64,000 bases of DNA, taken from NCBI GenBank assembly GCA_963837175.1, contig CAWIMJ010000050.1, forward strand, positions 334,133 to 398,132, written 5' to 3'. This document shows positions 32,720 through 44,106 of the stretch, piece by piece (the stretch's first letter is position 1; every line of letters begins with the position of its first letter). Made by a program: the position numbers and the translations under genes. The notes beneath the pieces were generated by a model. The model was not told the DNA's origin and made no database searches. It saw only the letters and a program-made list of their open reading frames with translations. This DNA is from an uncultured Nitrososphaeraceae archaeon (lineage in GTDB: Archaea > Thermoproteota > Nitrososphaeria > Nitrososphaerales > Nitrososphaeraceae).

Positions 32720-34359
32720 GATTGCAGGCTTTAATGAATGTTTCAAAAGCTTGCTCGGGCTTCCCAGGTCTGCTGTCAAATTCACAATGATATTGTACCC
32801 CAAAATAGAACTTGCAATCTGGAAGTTCCAAGATTTCTGTTCGTCTGCCCTTATCTGAGAAACCTGATAAAACCATACCATGCTTTTCGACAATGCAGCG
32901 GTAAGCTTGGTTAAATTCAAATCTATGTCTATGTCTTCTTTGTATCATGCTTTTCCCATATATTTTCGCGGCATTAGTACGAGATATAATCTCAATATTA
33001 TGTCTACCAAGCCGCATCGTTCCACCCATATCTTGGAGTGTTTTTTGCTCGGGCATATATTGCACTACTGGATCTTTTGTCTGGAGACAAAGTTCTGTAG
33101 AATGAGCGTTTTCTAAACCACACACATTCCGTGCAAATGCCACTATCGCTAACTGAAAGCCAAAACATATTCCTAAATATGGTATATTCTCTAAGCGAGC
33201 AAAATTTGCCGCGTTAATTATTCCTTCACTTCCACGCTTTCCAAAGCCGCCGGGAATCAATATACCATCAAACTTTTTTAGACAGTCAAGTTTTTTTTCT
33301 CCTTCCTCTTCTAAACTTTCTGATTCAATCCACTCAACTTCGACCTTCCTACCAATATTTGCTCCAGCATGTAATAGTGCATGATATATACTGACATAAC
33401 TATCTGGTAGACTAACATATTTTCCGACTATTGCAATATTCGTTGAACCATTATATTGATGGAAGGATTTTGTAATTGTTTTCCAATTCCCCCATTTTGG
33501 AGTAACAATTTCTAAACAACAATTTGTTAGTGATCACCTTGACAATCCCTTGGCTCGCTAGAACTTCTGGAATTTTATAAATAGAAGGGGCATCGTGACT
33601 GGAAATAACGGACTCTTCTTTGATACTGGCAAAGAGTGAAATTTTACGCCTCGCCTCTAAAGTAAGGGGAGTTTTGCATCTAACAGCCAGAATGTCAGGC
33701 TGGATGCCGATTCTTCGTAATTCCTGGACACTATGTTGAGTAGGTTTTGTTTTTTGCTCACCTACTACATCCAATTTCGGTGCGAGTGTAACATGGATAA
33801 ATAGCGTATTAGAGATACCATCTTCAAGTTCCATTTGCCTTAGGGCCTCCAGAAATGGAAGACTTTCAATATCGCCTACAGTACCTCCACATTCTACAAC
33901 CATAACATCTAGAGATTCTTCAGAGGCAATTTTTCGTAACTGATTTTTGATAGCATCTGTAATATGTGGAATGATCTGAACACATTGGCCAAGATATTTT
34001 CCTTCTCTCTCGCAATGAATAACGTCAAGATATACTCGTCCTGTTGTAATATTATGATCCTTAGTAACTGCGATATCAAGAAAACGTTCGTAATTTCCGA
34101 TATCCATATCGCATTCCCCGCCATCCTCGGTAACGAAAACTTCCCCATGCGCAATAGGATTCATTGTTCCTGCGTCGTAGTTTAGATAAGGATCGATCTT
34201 TACACAGGATATTTTCAAACCAGATAATTGCAGCAATTTAGCAATAGATGATGTAATTACACCTTTTCCTAGACCGGACATAACACCACCTGTGATAAAA
34301 ATAAACTTTGGACTTAATCTTCTTGACCGCGCTTTGGATAGCACATTGGAGTTCAACAT
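32709..34359 (-). CDS. pyrG: CTP synthase; one gene with a frameshift near 33515
   Basis: [39 protein letters not shown] and GICFGFQ. Removing one T near 33515 restores a continuous frame (...[15 protein letters not shown]...). Confidence 0.95.
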
Positions 34360-34902
34360 ATCACCTTTTTATTCTTTTTTAAAAAATGCGTCGTCCGGGC
34401 CAAGTGGATATGTGTCATCGCAAAACCAGTGTCTCCTAGAATATTTTCGTCATAATATCTAATATGTAGACCAAATCATATTTTCCTATTTCTTGATTGC
34501 TGCATACAGATTATTTTTCATTCTGCATCTTCATACGTTTTTACATTACATTAGCTGTTGCTCCTACATTATAGCAACTCAGAGAGTATCAATATTACAT
34601 AATTAGACGACTGACACAAAATGGTAGTGTTAATTCTACACAAATTAGTTAATGAAGAAACCCTTAACATCAGAAAAAATTACAAAAATGTAGATAAAAA
34701 ATCTATATATGAGAGAATTCTCTGCTTTCGCAAAGAAATCTTCTATCGGAAGTTCAATAATTCTATTTTAATGCACATAAGCTTTGATTCTATCCTCTTA
34801 TTAGGACTTCTAAAAAGCTGCTACATTGTAGTAAAAGAAATTGACGTGCGCCCGGAGTAGAACGCACAATTTTATTCCTTCTTCATTCGTTTAGCTGGTT
34901 TC

Positions 34903-35175
34903 CTATTCAGGATAGTCGACAGTCGTCATCTCATCTACTCTCATGCTAATTTTATACCATTTGTCATTGTGTTTGAAAATATTTGTAGAAGCTTTTTTAT
35001 TACTTGCAGAGCCATAGCCTCCTATCCTTTCACTTAACCTTGATCTCAATTTATCTACCTGATATTGCGCAATCATAAGATTGCCTATGATATTTTCAAG
35101 TTCAAGGTCTCTTTCTTCTTCCATATATGGATTATGATTGTTGTTCGAATTCTTTCTATTATTACTCATCTGCAT
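34903..35175 (-). CDS. Hypothetical protein
   Basis: 90-aa ORF with a coiled segment; its start overlaps the stop of the upstream small ORF. Confidence 0.6.
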   Translation of the reverse strand: MQMSNNRKNSNNNHNPYMEEERDLELENIIGNLMIAQYQVDKLRSRLSERIGGYGSASNKKASTNIFKHNDKWYKISMRVDEMTTVDYPE

Positions 35176-35317
35176 TCTCGATGTACATCCTGTTTGCTAT
35201 TAGGAAATGGATTTGGTCGATATATTGTGCCTTGTTCACCATAGGAGAAGATAAGTTTGCGCTACATACAGGTACTTCCTCCTCTTCTTCATTTTGTTTT
35301 TTAACCAGTATGCTCAT
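35162..35317 (-). CDS. Small hypothetical protein (51 aa)
   Basis: MSILVKKQNEEEEEVPVCSANLSSPMVNKAQYIDQIHFLIANRMYIENADE. Its stop overlaps the next gene's start, as in an operon. Confidence 0.45.
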   Translation of the reverse strand: MSILVKKQNEEEEEVPVCSANLSSPMVNKAQYIDQIHFLIANRMYIENADE

Positions 35318-35508
35318 GGCAACATTACAATTGGCAACATCAAATAATAATGAGATAGAAGAAATGTTATATAAGCTAAAATAATAGAATATAATAAAAC
35401 AAAAACCTATTAGTTCTTTACATATTCGAAACCCTAGATAATTGCACTTAAGCGAAATTTATAGGAGCAGGACCGCTGAATATAATTCATAATATTCTAT
35501 TAAATAGC

Positions 35509-36333
35509 TTATGGATGCATATACTCTGTTAATTTGCTATTTTTTGTTTCTTGGACCAAATTCTCTAGTTGCTTTCTATCAGAAAAGGTGTCAATGTCCA
35601 TCAACTTTCTCATGAATTCTGTTTCGTCCTTCCCGAAATTTATCCTTTCATGATAAAATTCACTGAAAGCGAGTTTTTGGTTTATTCTATGAATATATGA
35701 AAGACAACGATATATCTTGTCTAGTTTGATATCCGCCAGTCCATTAGCAATTAATAGCCTTGCAATGCCTCTTTTTGAAATGTTAAACATTCCGTTTGTA
35801 ACTAACCGATTGAATACAGAAATTACCTCGAATTTGTCATCTTCTCCCGAATAACCAATTATCGTAGTTGGAAGCAATCGCAATGTTCTGTTGCTTTTTG
35901 TATTCCTAGAATGATGCTCGTCCAAAATGAGAACGGATCTTCCGAAAGTTAGAATCGCATTAAGAATCTGGTTCGGCAAGCGTTCATCTAGAACATCGTT
36001 ATCAGATTTGATTTCAATCGGGTAAAACCTAATCCAATCAATTCTGCATTTTTCTTTTCTTGCGAATTGTTTTAGGAGACTATCTCTCATCAATATATTA
36101 TTATAGTTATCAAATGTTTCAATTGAATTGTATTTTATGGTGGAACTGTCGCGCTTCTCAATTATTGCAATCACAAGGTCAAAATTTCTGAAATACCCCT
36201 CTTGCTTTATTTTCATCTCTCGATTTGTGTTAGCTGACGTCGGAGGAAAGATATTGTTTTTAATATGTCCAGATGATATAGATCTTATAAAGAGAGATTT
36301 TAGTTCCTTTTCTTTCACGACTAATTGACTCAT
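35509..36333 (-). CDS. Putative PD-(D/E)XK nuclease-fold protein (sce7726/MmcB-like)
   Basis: E...FDLVIAI...PIEIKSDNDVLDERLPNQI, matching the D...EIKSxxDxxxxRLxxQ pattern. Confidence 0.6.
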   Translation of the reverse strand: MSQLVVKEKELKSLFIRSISSGHIKNNIFPPTSANTNREMKIKQEGYFRNFDLVIAIIEKRDSSTIKYNSIETFDNYNNILMRDSLLKQFARKEKCRIDWIRFYPIEIKSDNDVLDERLPNQILNAILTFGRSVLILDEHHSRNTKSNRTLRLLPTTIIGYSGEDDKFEVISVFNRLVTNGMFNISKRGIARLLIANGLADIKLDKIYRCLSYIHRINQKLAFSEFYHERINFGKDETEFMRKLMDIDTFSDRKQLENLVQETKNSKLTEYMHP

Positions 36334-36371
36334 TGAGGGATTATATAATTTCTAATACAGGAAAATATATC

Positions 36372-36750
36372 CGTCGACTCCGAAGTTCCTGATTTAACAT
36401 AATTCAAGAAGACTTTTTCTCAATACAATCAATATTTGAATATGTCATTGCAATAATTAGCACATCCGAGTATTTCTTTCAAATATTTTTTGACATTCTA
36501 AAATGTCCATCAGGTATAACGCCCATAATTAGGAATTGTAGGTTGCTTCTTGAATAATTGGACTGTCTGAAATCGAATTAGAATATGGAATTCTAATATC
36601 GAGGATGTCTGCTCGACTATTTATTAAACTAAATACTATTTCTTCTGTACTAGCTCCGTCTACTAGCCACCAAAGATATAGCAAATCAGATCATACTCAT
36701 TTCACTTCGATAATTCTTTAAATCTCTTAGCCTGTTGTGTAGTAAGTTGT
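36372..36750 (-). pseudogene. trpA: Decayed, truncated tryptophan synthase alpha subunit
   Basis: Directly downstream of trpB: KRFKELSK*NEYDLICYIFGG*...STEEIVFSLINSRADILDIRIPYSNSISDSPIIQEATYNS...IIAMTYSNI. This corresponds to TrpA ADIIELGxPFSDPxADGPxIQ...MTYxN, with stops and missense changes. Confidence 0.8.
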
Positions 36751-36753
36751 TTG

Positions 36754-37956
36754 TTATATTTTTCTCTCCCTACTTTTCAAATATTGTTGAACCACTTCAA
36801 CATCCTTGTCTCCGCGCCCCGATAATGTAACTACAATGTTCTCATTCTTGTCTATCTTCTTTGCGAGTTTCATTGCATAAGACACAGCATGAGAGGATTC
36901 CAGAGCGGGAATTATTCCTTCAAGTTTAGATAGTTTAAGAAAGGCATTAACAGCCTCATCGTCGGTACATTCAAGATACTTGGCTCTTTTAAGATCCTTT
37001 AGATTAGCATGTTCTGGTCCTACCCCCGGATAATCTAAACCTGCAGAAATACTATGTGTTTCAGCTACTTGACCAAATTTATCTTGTAGAAGGTAAGAGA
37101 GCATTCCATGTAAGACTCCTTCCGTCCCAGCGGACAGTGAGGCTGAGTGGCTTCCTGTTCTAATGCCCCTGCCTCCTGCTTCTACTCCGTACAAGGCGAC
37201 ATCTGAATCTTCAATAAACGAAAAGAATGTCCCCATAGCATTGCTTCCACCGCCTACGCATGCTACAATGGCATGTGGAAGTTGATTAGATATTTCTAGC
37301 ATTTGTTGCTTTATCTCATGACCAATTATACTTTGAAAATCTCTAACCATCATAGGATAAGGATGCGGTCCTACTACTGATCCTATTAAATAATAGGTAT
37401 TATTTACATTAGTTATCCAGTCGCGCAAGGCTTCGTTAATGGCATCTTTAAGAGTCTTAGTCCCTGCTACAACTGAGTGAACCTTTGCTCCCAACAATTG
37501 CATGCGAAAAACGTTCAATTTTTGTCTTTCAACATCCTTTGCTCCCATGTAAATTTCAGCATCTAGGCCAATGACAGCCGATGCAATAGCAGTGCCTACA
37601 CCATGTTGACCCGCTCCTGTTTCAGCAATAACTCTTTTCTTACCCATCCGTTGTGCTAACAAGGCCTGGCCAAGAGTATTATTAATTTTGTGGGCGCCAC
37701 CATGAAGAAGATCTTCCCTCTTTAGGAAAATTTTTCCACCTCCAATATATTCAGTGAGATTTTTGGCAAAATATAATGGCGTAGGACGACCTGCGTATTT
37801 AGTTAATAAATATGAAAGTTCTTTCTGAAATCCTTCATCTTTCCTGTACTTTTCATAGGCTGTTTCGAGTTCTATTATGGCAGGAACTAGAGTTTCGGGG
37901 ATATATTTTCCTCCGTATTTTCCGAATTTACCTGCGACGGGATAATTAGTACTCAT
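36754..37956 (-). CDS. trpB: Tryptophan synthase beta subunit (TrpB1 type)
   Basis: [15 protein letters not shown] (PLP Lys), [31 protein letters not shown] and LSGRGDKD. Confidence 0.97.
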   Translation of the reverse strand: MSTNYPVAGKFGKYGGKYIPETLVPAIIELETAYEKYRKDEGFQKELSYLLTKYAGRPTPLYFAKNLTEYIGGGKIFLKREDLLHGGAHKINNTLGQALLAQRMGKKRVIAETGAGQHGVGTAIASAVIGLDAEIYMGAKDVERQKLNVFRMQLLGAKVHSVVAGTKTLKDAINEALRDWITNVNNTYYLIGSVVGPHPYPMMVRDFQSIIGHEIKQQMLEISNQLPHAIVACVGGGSNAMGTFFSFIEDSDVALYGVEAGGRGIRTGSHSASLSAGTEGVLHGMLSYLLQDKFGQVAETHSISAGLDYPGVGPEHANLKDLKRAKYLECTDDEAVNAFLKLSKLEGIIPALESSHAVSYAMKLAKKIDKNENIVVTLSGRGDKDVEVVQQYLKSRERKI

Positions 37957-38016
37957 TATATACTATATCTTTGGATAGCATAAAGGACTATTAAGAGATT
38001 GGGATATCGAAGCTGC

Positions 38017-38835
38017 TCAAATTGAAAGATAAAGTTGCCTAACTTTTGATGCAATATCATTTGACTCCATGATACTCGTCCCTATTAGGAAGGCGTCGGC
38101 TCCTGCTCTCTTCAAATAACGAATTTCATTTGAGTTTGTTATCCCGCTTTCGCTAATGATAATGTTCTTTCCTTTGTCATATTTTTCAAGCAATCTGTAT
38201 GTAGTCAAAATATCAATTTCCAAATTGTTCAAATTCCGATTATTTATCCCAATCAGGTCCCGATAGTCTTCTTTTAATCTTAGGCTGTCAGCAAATTCGT
38301 TTTCTGAATGAACTTCGACAAGTATCTGTAAGCCTTTCTTATGAGCATATTCTAAGAGTTTTTCTAAACCGCTTTCTGCCAGGTTCTGATCAAATATTGC
38401 TTTGATGAATAGCACACAATCTGCGCCTATTCGTTTTGCAGCATCTATTTGAATTTCGCTAACTATTATATCCTTCATAAGAATTGGCACTTTCATTTTT
38501 TTCCTAATCTTAGCCAAGTAGTCAATGGAGCCATTGAATAAATGTGGTTGTGTCAAAATTGAAAGACCAATAGAGCCGGATGAGATCATATTAAATGCGA
38601 GTTGAATGGAGTCCATTTCTGTTTGTGCGATAATTTGACCCTTGGAGGGAGACGCAAATTTGATTTCTGTTATAATTGGCGCATGTGAACAAGAGAGAAT
38701 AGCACGCTTCATGCTAATAGAGTCATGTTTTGTGAAATCGTAATTTTGAGCATCATATGCACCTTCTTCAATAGCTTTATAGGAATTATCAGCGAGTGAC
38801 TTCAGATTAAATCCTGAGTTAGCAAATCTACTCAT
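38017..38835 (-). CDS. trpC: Indole-3-glycerol phosphate synthase
   Basis: IITEIKFASPSKG, LSILT, ILMKD, LVEVH, GINNRNL, SESGI and LIGTS. Confidence 0.95.
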   Translation of the reverse strand: MSRFANSGFNLKSLADNSYKAIEEGAYDAQNYDFTKHDSISMKRAILSCSHAPIITEIKFASPSKGQIIAQTEMDSIQLAFNMISSGSIGLSILTQPHLFNGSIDYLAKIRKKMKVPILMKDIIVSEIQIDAAKRIGADCVLFIKAIFDQNLAESGLEKLLEYAHKKGLQILVEVHSENEFADSLRLKEDYRDLIGINNRNLNNLEIDILTTYRLLEKYDKGKNIIISESGITNSNEIRYLKRAGADAFLIGTSIMESNDIASKVRQLYLSI

Positions 38836-39055
38836 CTACAAAGTTTTGGAGAGCAATATTATATATTGATATAATTACAGATGCCTGCTTCTTTAAGTAA
38901 TTTCTTCATTTAATTATATTGAGTAATTGTCATAGAATGATTTCAAAAGGAGGATGGATACACAATGCAGGTTATATATAATAATATTAGTTTTTATGGC
39001 GTGAATTTTTGCCAGAATAATTAATATATTATCTGTGATAACTATTCACTTCACG

Positions 39056-40234
39056 ATGTCAGAAAGCACAATATTCCGTGATAAATTAAAATTATCACCA
39101 AGATATGTTCCTAGTGAGCTGCCTCATCGCGAAAAACAGATTGAGCAAATTAATCATATTTATAGAGTGTCATATTCGAATCCAAGTAAATTTCCATTAA
39201 CTGTATTGCAAATAGTTGGCTCTGCAGGAATCGGCAAAACTTCTACTGTTCTTAAATTCTCTAAACTTTTAGCAGATAATTTTTTGCACAATAGATTAAC
39301 TCTGAAGACAGCATATGTTAATCTAAAATTACAAGGAGGCAATAAATATGCAATCTATAGGTTCCTGTTAGAAAGAGTTGCGCCAGAGTTGCCGTCACAA
39401 GGACTCAGTGCAGAAGAGATGTTAAGATACATGTTACGTTATCTGTATGAAAATAATATTTATTTACTAATAATCCTTGATGAGATCGATTATTTAATAA
39501 AGATTAGCAAAGATACTGGCATAATCTATGATTTAACTCGTCTTAATGAATTTGATCCCGACGCACCATGCAATGTGAAGGGAGTGATATTTATTGCAAG
39601 AAGCACAGACTTCTACAACAAACTCGATCAAGCGGAGTTGAGCACATTAGGAAAAATTCCATTGGAATTTCCAATATATTCTATTAAGCAGGTTAGTGAC
39701 ATATTGATAAATAGGTGTGCGGAAGCATTTATTGGAAACGCCATAGGATCAAATATACTGGACGAAGTAGCAAAAATCACTGTTTCACCTACAAATAATG
39801 GTGATATAAGGTATGCACTTGATCTTCTCCTGTATGCTGGAAATCTCGCTGAAGTACAAGGAACAGGTAGGATAACTCTCGATCAAATCCGAAAGGTTCA
39901 TGGTCAGATTCATCCTTCTATAAACACCGAAGAAATAGAAGAATTACCAAAGAATCACATTTTCACCCTCATGGCAGTGATAAGGGCGCTTCGTGCAAGA
40001 AAAAAGCAGTATGTAGAACTTAAAGAAATTCGACTCCATGCATTAGAATTATCAGAAGAATTTAAATTAAAAAAACTGGATGTAGAAGATTATCTCAATG
40101 ATTTAGAGGCAAGAAAAATTATTGAAATTAGATCATTAAAGGAAATAGGAATGCATATAACTTCACTCCATGAACTTGAGCCAATACTTCAAAAACGGAT
40201 CAAACGTGCTAATATTAATGATTCTAGAGAGTAA
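39056..40234 (+). CDS. cdc6: Orc1/Cdc6 replication initiator
   Basis: YVPSELPHRE, Walker A GSAGIGKT, Walker B IILDEID, GDIRYALDLL and a C-terminal wH domain. Confidence 0.93.
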   Translation: MSESTIFRDKLKLSPRYVPSELPHREKQIEQINHIYRVSYSNPSKFPLTVLQIVGSAGIGKTSTVLKFSKLLADNFLHNRLTLKTAYVNLKLQGGNKYAIYRFLLERVAPELPSQGLSAEEMLRYMLRYLYENNIYLLIILDEIDYLIKISKDTGIIYDLTRLNEFDPDAPCNVKGVIFIARSTDFYNKLDQAELSTLGKIPLEFPIYSIKQVSDILINRCAEAFIGNAIGSNILDEVAKITVSPTNNGDIRYALDLLLYAGNLAEVQGTGRITLDQIRKVHGQIHPSINTEEIEELPKNHIFTLMAVIRALRARKKQYVELKEIRLHALELSEEFKLKKLDVEDYLNDLEARKIIEIRSLKEIGMHITSLHELEPILQKRIKRANINDSRE

Positions 40235-40514
40235 ACTAACTAGTAAAGAGATAGTGGAGATAGGTCTTGGAAGTATCGGCAAAGTGAAAATAATAAAGGC
40301 CTTAGAGGAACAGGGGAAAATGGTTACCGTATATACTTTGCAGAAGAAAACTCATTTAAAGAGAGAGGATATCAAACGCAATCTAAATGATTTAATGAAA
40401 ATTGGCTGGGTCAAAGAAAGTAAGCTCGCTAATATTATGTACAGTTTGAATAAAGAGGACCATTATATTATTTGCATGATTGCATTTTTCAAAGAGGTAG
40501 GGTACATTTGTTAG
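40218..40514 (+). CDS. Small winged-HTH protein coupled to cdc6
   Basis: LGSIGKVKIIKAL...YTLQKKTHLKREDIKRNLNDLMKIGWV; overlaps the cdc6 stop. Confidence 0.8.
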   Translation: MILESKLTSKEIVEIGLGSIGKVKIIKALEEQGKMVTVYTLQKKTHLKREDIKRNLNDLMKIGWVKESKLANIMYSLNKEDHYIICMIAFFKEVGYIC

Positions 40515-40706
40515 CAACTAATGACGATATCTATTAGATTATCAGTCGTCGTTTTAAGCCGAATATTCACTATTAAAATTCTCCTCTATCCTTTTTAATT
40601 GACCTAGCCTTAAAAAAATGAGGATTATCTTATCGGTACTCCTGTCGTATTACCTCTATAGGATTGAATAAAAGCGATAATGCAAATCTAATTTATCATC
40701 AAAAGT

Positions 40707-41039
40707 TTACGGAATTACGATGCCTGACATATCTTTTGCAAAAAGCATATTATTCAAAGTTACCTGAAATCTTGTACCGTTCCGTTCTACAAGTAATTCA
40801 ATATCATCAAGAGAATCTGAGATCTCGGCTCCTTCATTTTTTTTTATTACTACATGAATGGATTCATGAGAAATTAATGCTTCTATAAACGGCTCGATAT
40901 ATTCAAAATCACCTGTCTTATGGCAGGAACGGTTTTTGGATAGTATGATTAACATTGTTTGATTGTGATATGTAAAGTATGGTGGAGATTCATCGATCGC
41001 ACAAGCTAAAGCAAAATTATTTATCGTCACACCTATCAA
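40707..41039 (-). CDS. Hypothetical protein with an HExxH motif
   Basis: EALISHESIHVVI. Confidence 0.7.
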   Translation of the reverse strand: MIGVTINNFALACAIDESPPYFTYHNQTMLIILSKNRSCHKTGDFEYIEPFIEALISHESIHVVIKKNEGAEISDSLDDIELLVERNGTRFQVTLNNMLFAKDMSGIVIP

Positions 41040-41486
41040 TATATCCTTATATATTGCAAGAATTTATATGCTCATATCTTTAGGATGAAAACTAGAATCG
41101 TGTCCTATGAATGATATGCAAAAGTATAACAAACAGATAATTTCTCTTTAGCCTCCTATTTCTATACATAGGATTTATCTTCTAAATAATCTACTCTAGA
41201 GGAATACGTAAGAATAGCGTTGCTCTGTAAGATTAAAACGTATGTATGGTTTCGTTTGTAGATTTGAGAATACTAGAAGATGATAGCGAAATTAATGAAA
41301 GCATATCCTCTAGTTAAAAAACTGCTATCCCTATTATATATCGTGAAGATTTATTTACTATATTTTTAACTTTTCATAATCTCATGAGAACGTTGAATAA
41401 AGATCAAACTGAATGTCAATGATACAAGCTAATAAAGATATTGTTATGGATCGAGTTTATTCTTTTGATTCTAAGTTAATATAGCA

Positions 41487-41508
41487 TAATAATAATAATA
41501 ATAATAAT
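41487..41508 (+). repeat. (AAT)n microsatellite
   Basis: About seven AAT units just downstream of the metH 3' end. Confidence 0.6.
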
Positions 41509-41528
41509 TTAGATAGCCTTTAGATAGC

Positions 41529-44051
41529 TTAAAGTACAAAATATTCTGCTTGAGGATGATGTACCACTATAGCTGCAGTAGATTGATCCGGAATTATTTG
41601 TCCAGATTCGGTTAATCTCATGCCAGATTTCGTTGGATCTAGTAATTTCCATACTAGATAATGTTGCGAGATATCTGGACAACTAGGATAACCCCAGCTG
41701 TACCTAAGACCACGCTTTACACCGATATTAAGTTCCGTTTTTATCTTTAAATTAATCCAGTCTGCCAAAGCTTCCGCAGTCTCGACTGCTATACCGTGCA
41801 AATAATATGCATCAGTATATTTATTATCTTTATTCCAACTATCGATAATTTTTGTTACCTTGTTGCCTACGGTGACTGCCTGAAAAGCAACGATATCATC
41901 ATCTCCAAAGAAATCAGTCAAACATAGATGTTTTTGTTTAGAGGATCTAGGAAAATCAAAAACCACTTCGCCTTTACTGTGAGGTAACTCTACTACGAGT
42001 TTTCCATTTCTATTATGGCATCTAAAATAACCGTACACCACCTCCGGAGCAAAGAGATTTTCTTTTATCACTCTTGATTTCCATTCTTCAAAAAGTCTTT
42101 CAGCTTCCTGACTTAAACCTTCAGCACTTTTTCCACGAATTCCCCAAGAAAGAATAAAGAGAGATTTTTTATTAACGAACTTCCATACCTTGGACAAATC
42201 AATCTCGTCAACTCCAAGTCTTATCTGTCTGTTAATATGTGGAGCAACGGGAGGAGAAACAGGCCTTATGCTACTTTGCGGTACCTCTACGGCTTCGACG
42301 CTGGGATTTTGTTTCTCCTGCCACTTTTCAAGTTTTTGCCGCCACTCTTCTATATATTGACTTTTTTCGTCAGACATGAGTATGTTCATAACTTTTAAGC
42401 CTTCAAATGCAGTTTTACAATAGAATATTCCATCCTCATAAATCGCATCTTGTTTCGCTATTCTATTGATAAAACTGCTATTAATTGCGGCGCCTCCACA
42501 TAAGACAGGAATTCTCATATTATTTTTTCTCGCATGGTCTATAAAATACTGCATCTGCTTTGAAGTAGAAACAAGGAGAGCAGAAAGCCCTACTGCATCA
42601 GCATTAACTTCTTGAATTTTTTCAATGATCTTTTGTAACGGGACTTGTTTACCTAAATCATATACTGTGTATCCATTATTAGTTATTATGGTCTTTACCA
42701 AATTTTTGCCTATATCATGCACATCTCCATATACAGTGCATAATACAATTTTGCCTTTGCTTACTCCCTCTTGTCTAATAAGATACCTTTCTAATTCACC
42801 AACCGCTGCTTTCATACATTCCGCTGATTTTAAGACAAAAGGTAAAATTAGCTCGCCTGCTCCAAACTTATCTCCAACTTCTTTCATGGCAGGTAATAAA
42901 ACCTCATTTAAAGTCTGCACCGCCGCTTGATGACATTCTTCCTTTGATGCAACAAGTTTTAAGTCACCATTGTTTTCTATTATTTTGGTCCCTGCATTCC
43001 CATCTGTAGAAATTCTATCCGCTATTGCTGCCGTAACATCATTTTCTATGCCATCCTTGAGTCTATTAAGAATTCTGAAATAGCATCTTCTGCTGGCGTC
43101 CCATGTTTCATCGAATTGTACTCTCTTAGCAGAAGATGTTGTACTAGTCAAACTTAATCCTTCAAAGTAAGAGATAAGATCTGGTAGAGCATTAGGATGA
43201 TTATTGAATATAAGATCCTCTGCAAGTTTTAGCTGTGTTGGATCTATTTCTGTGTAAGGAATAATGTCTTTTGCATTTATAATTACACAATCTAGGCCAG
43301 CCTTTATAGCGTGATGCAGATATACAGAATTGACTATTCTTCTTGCTTGTAACGGAAGACCAAAACTAACATTGCTGAGACCTAACGTAGTAAAGCAACC
43401 AGGAAGATTTTCTTTTACCAGCTGAATGCCTTTAAGTGTATCTTTAGCCGACTGTAGGAATTCTGGCTCACCTGTTGCCAAAGTAAACGTAAGGACGTCA
43501 AAAATAAATTGCCATGGCTGAAGTCCATAGTTTTTTCCAGCCTCAAAAAGAAGCTTCGCTGTTTCCAGCTTTTCTTCCGGAGTCTTTGCCATCCCTTTGG
43601 GTCCTATACACATTGCAATAGCAGGGACACCATAATTTACCATTAATGGTGCCAGTGAGTGAAATCTGTTGCCGTCGCCTTCAAGATTAATGGAATTAAT
43701 TATTGGCCTAGCAGGAATTTGCTTTAGAGCCATTTCGATTACTTTCGGGTCAGTCGAATCAATAACAAGTGGTGCTTCTATCTCTAGACTTAATCGTTTG
43801 ACGAGTGTTCTCATAAATTCTATCTCATCTGACCGTTCTGTAGTTGCTACACAGACATCAAGACAATGAGCGCCATCTTCAACCTGCGCTCTGGCTAAAT
43901 TCACTAGACCATCGAAATCGTTCATAAGTACCATAGCCTTCGCCTTTTTGGATCCTTGCGTATTAAGTCTTTCACCAATTATGAGGGGTGGAGGTTCTTG
44001 TTTAAGGTCAAGTGCCTTCAAGGCAGAACTAATTCTTGGTATCTTCCACAT
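41529..44051 (-). CDS. metH: Cobalamin-dependent methionine synthase, pterin-binding, B12-binding and activation domains
   Basis: IIGERLNTQGSK, IDST, GLSNVSFG, GDVHDIGKNLV B12 motif, GLSALL and RYSWGYPSCPD. Confidence 0.95.
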   Translation of the reverse strand: MWKIPRISSALKALDLKQEPPPLIIGERLNTQGSKKAKAMVLMNDFDGLVNLARAQVEDGAHCLDVCVATTERSDEIEFMRTLVKRLSLEIEAPLVIDSTDPKVIEMALKQIPARPIINSINLEGDGNRFHSLAPLMVNYGVPAIAMCIGPKGMAKTPEEKLETAKLLFEAGKNYGLQPWQFIFDVLTFTLATGEPEFLQSAKDTLKGIQLVKENLPGCFTTLGLSNVSFGLPLQARRIVNSVYLHHAIKAGLDCVIINAKDIIPYTEIDPTQLKLAEDLIFNNHPNALPDLISYFEGLSLTSTTSSAKRVQFDETWDASRRCYFRILNRLKDGIENDVTAAIADRISTDGNAGTKIIENNGDLKLVASKEECHQAAVQTLNEVLLPAMKEVGDKFGAGELILPFVLKSAECMKAAVGELERYLIRQEGVSKGKIVLCTVYGDVHDIGKNLVKTIITNNGYTVYDLGKQVPLQKIIEKIQEVNADAVGLSALLVSTSKQMQYFIDHARKNNMRIPVLCGGAAINSSFINRIAKQDAIYEDGIFYCKTAFEGLKVMNILMSDEKSQYIEEWRQKLEKWQEKQNPSVEAVEVPQSSIRPVSPPVAPHINRQIRLGVDEIDLSKVWKFVNKKSLFILSWGIRGKSAEGLSQEAERLFEEWKSRVIKENLFAPEVVYGYFRCHNRNGKLVVELPHSKGEVVFDFPRSSKQKHLCLTDFFGDDDIVAFQAVTVGNKVTKIIDSWNKDNKYTDAYYLHGIAVETAEALADWINLKIKTELNIGVKRGLRYSWGYPSCPDISQHYLVWKLLDPTKSGMRLTESGQIIPDQSTAAIVVHHPQAEYFVL

Positions 44052-44106
44052 TTTAGTACGACAGATTGCTTTGGTTCAAAACCCCACTAAAATCTTATCC
44101 CTATTG

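Noticed and set aside
33451-33520. Programmed frameshifting in pyrG or other split genes
   Set aside because: There is no shared slippery motif, and many unrelated genes are affected, so sequencing error is simpler.
38836-39055. Possible replication origin upstream of cdc6
   Set aside because: The spacer is AT-rich, but I could not find repeated ORB-like (TCCA-N-TGGAA plus G-string) elements on either side of cdc6.
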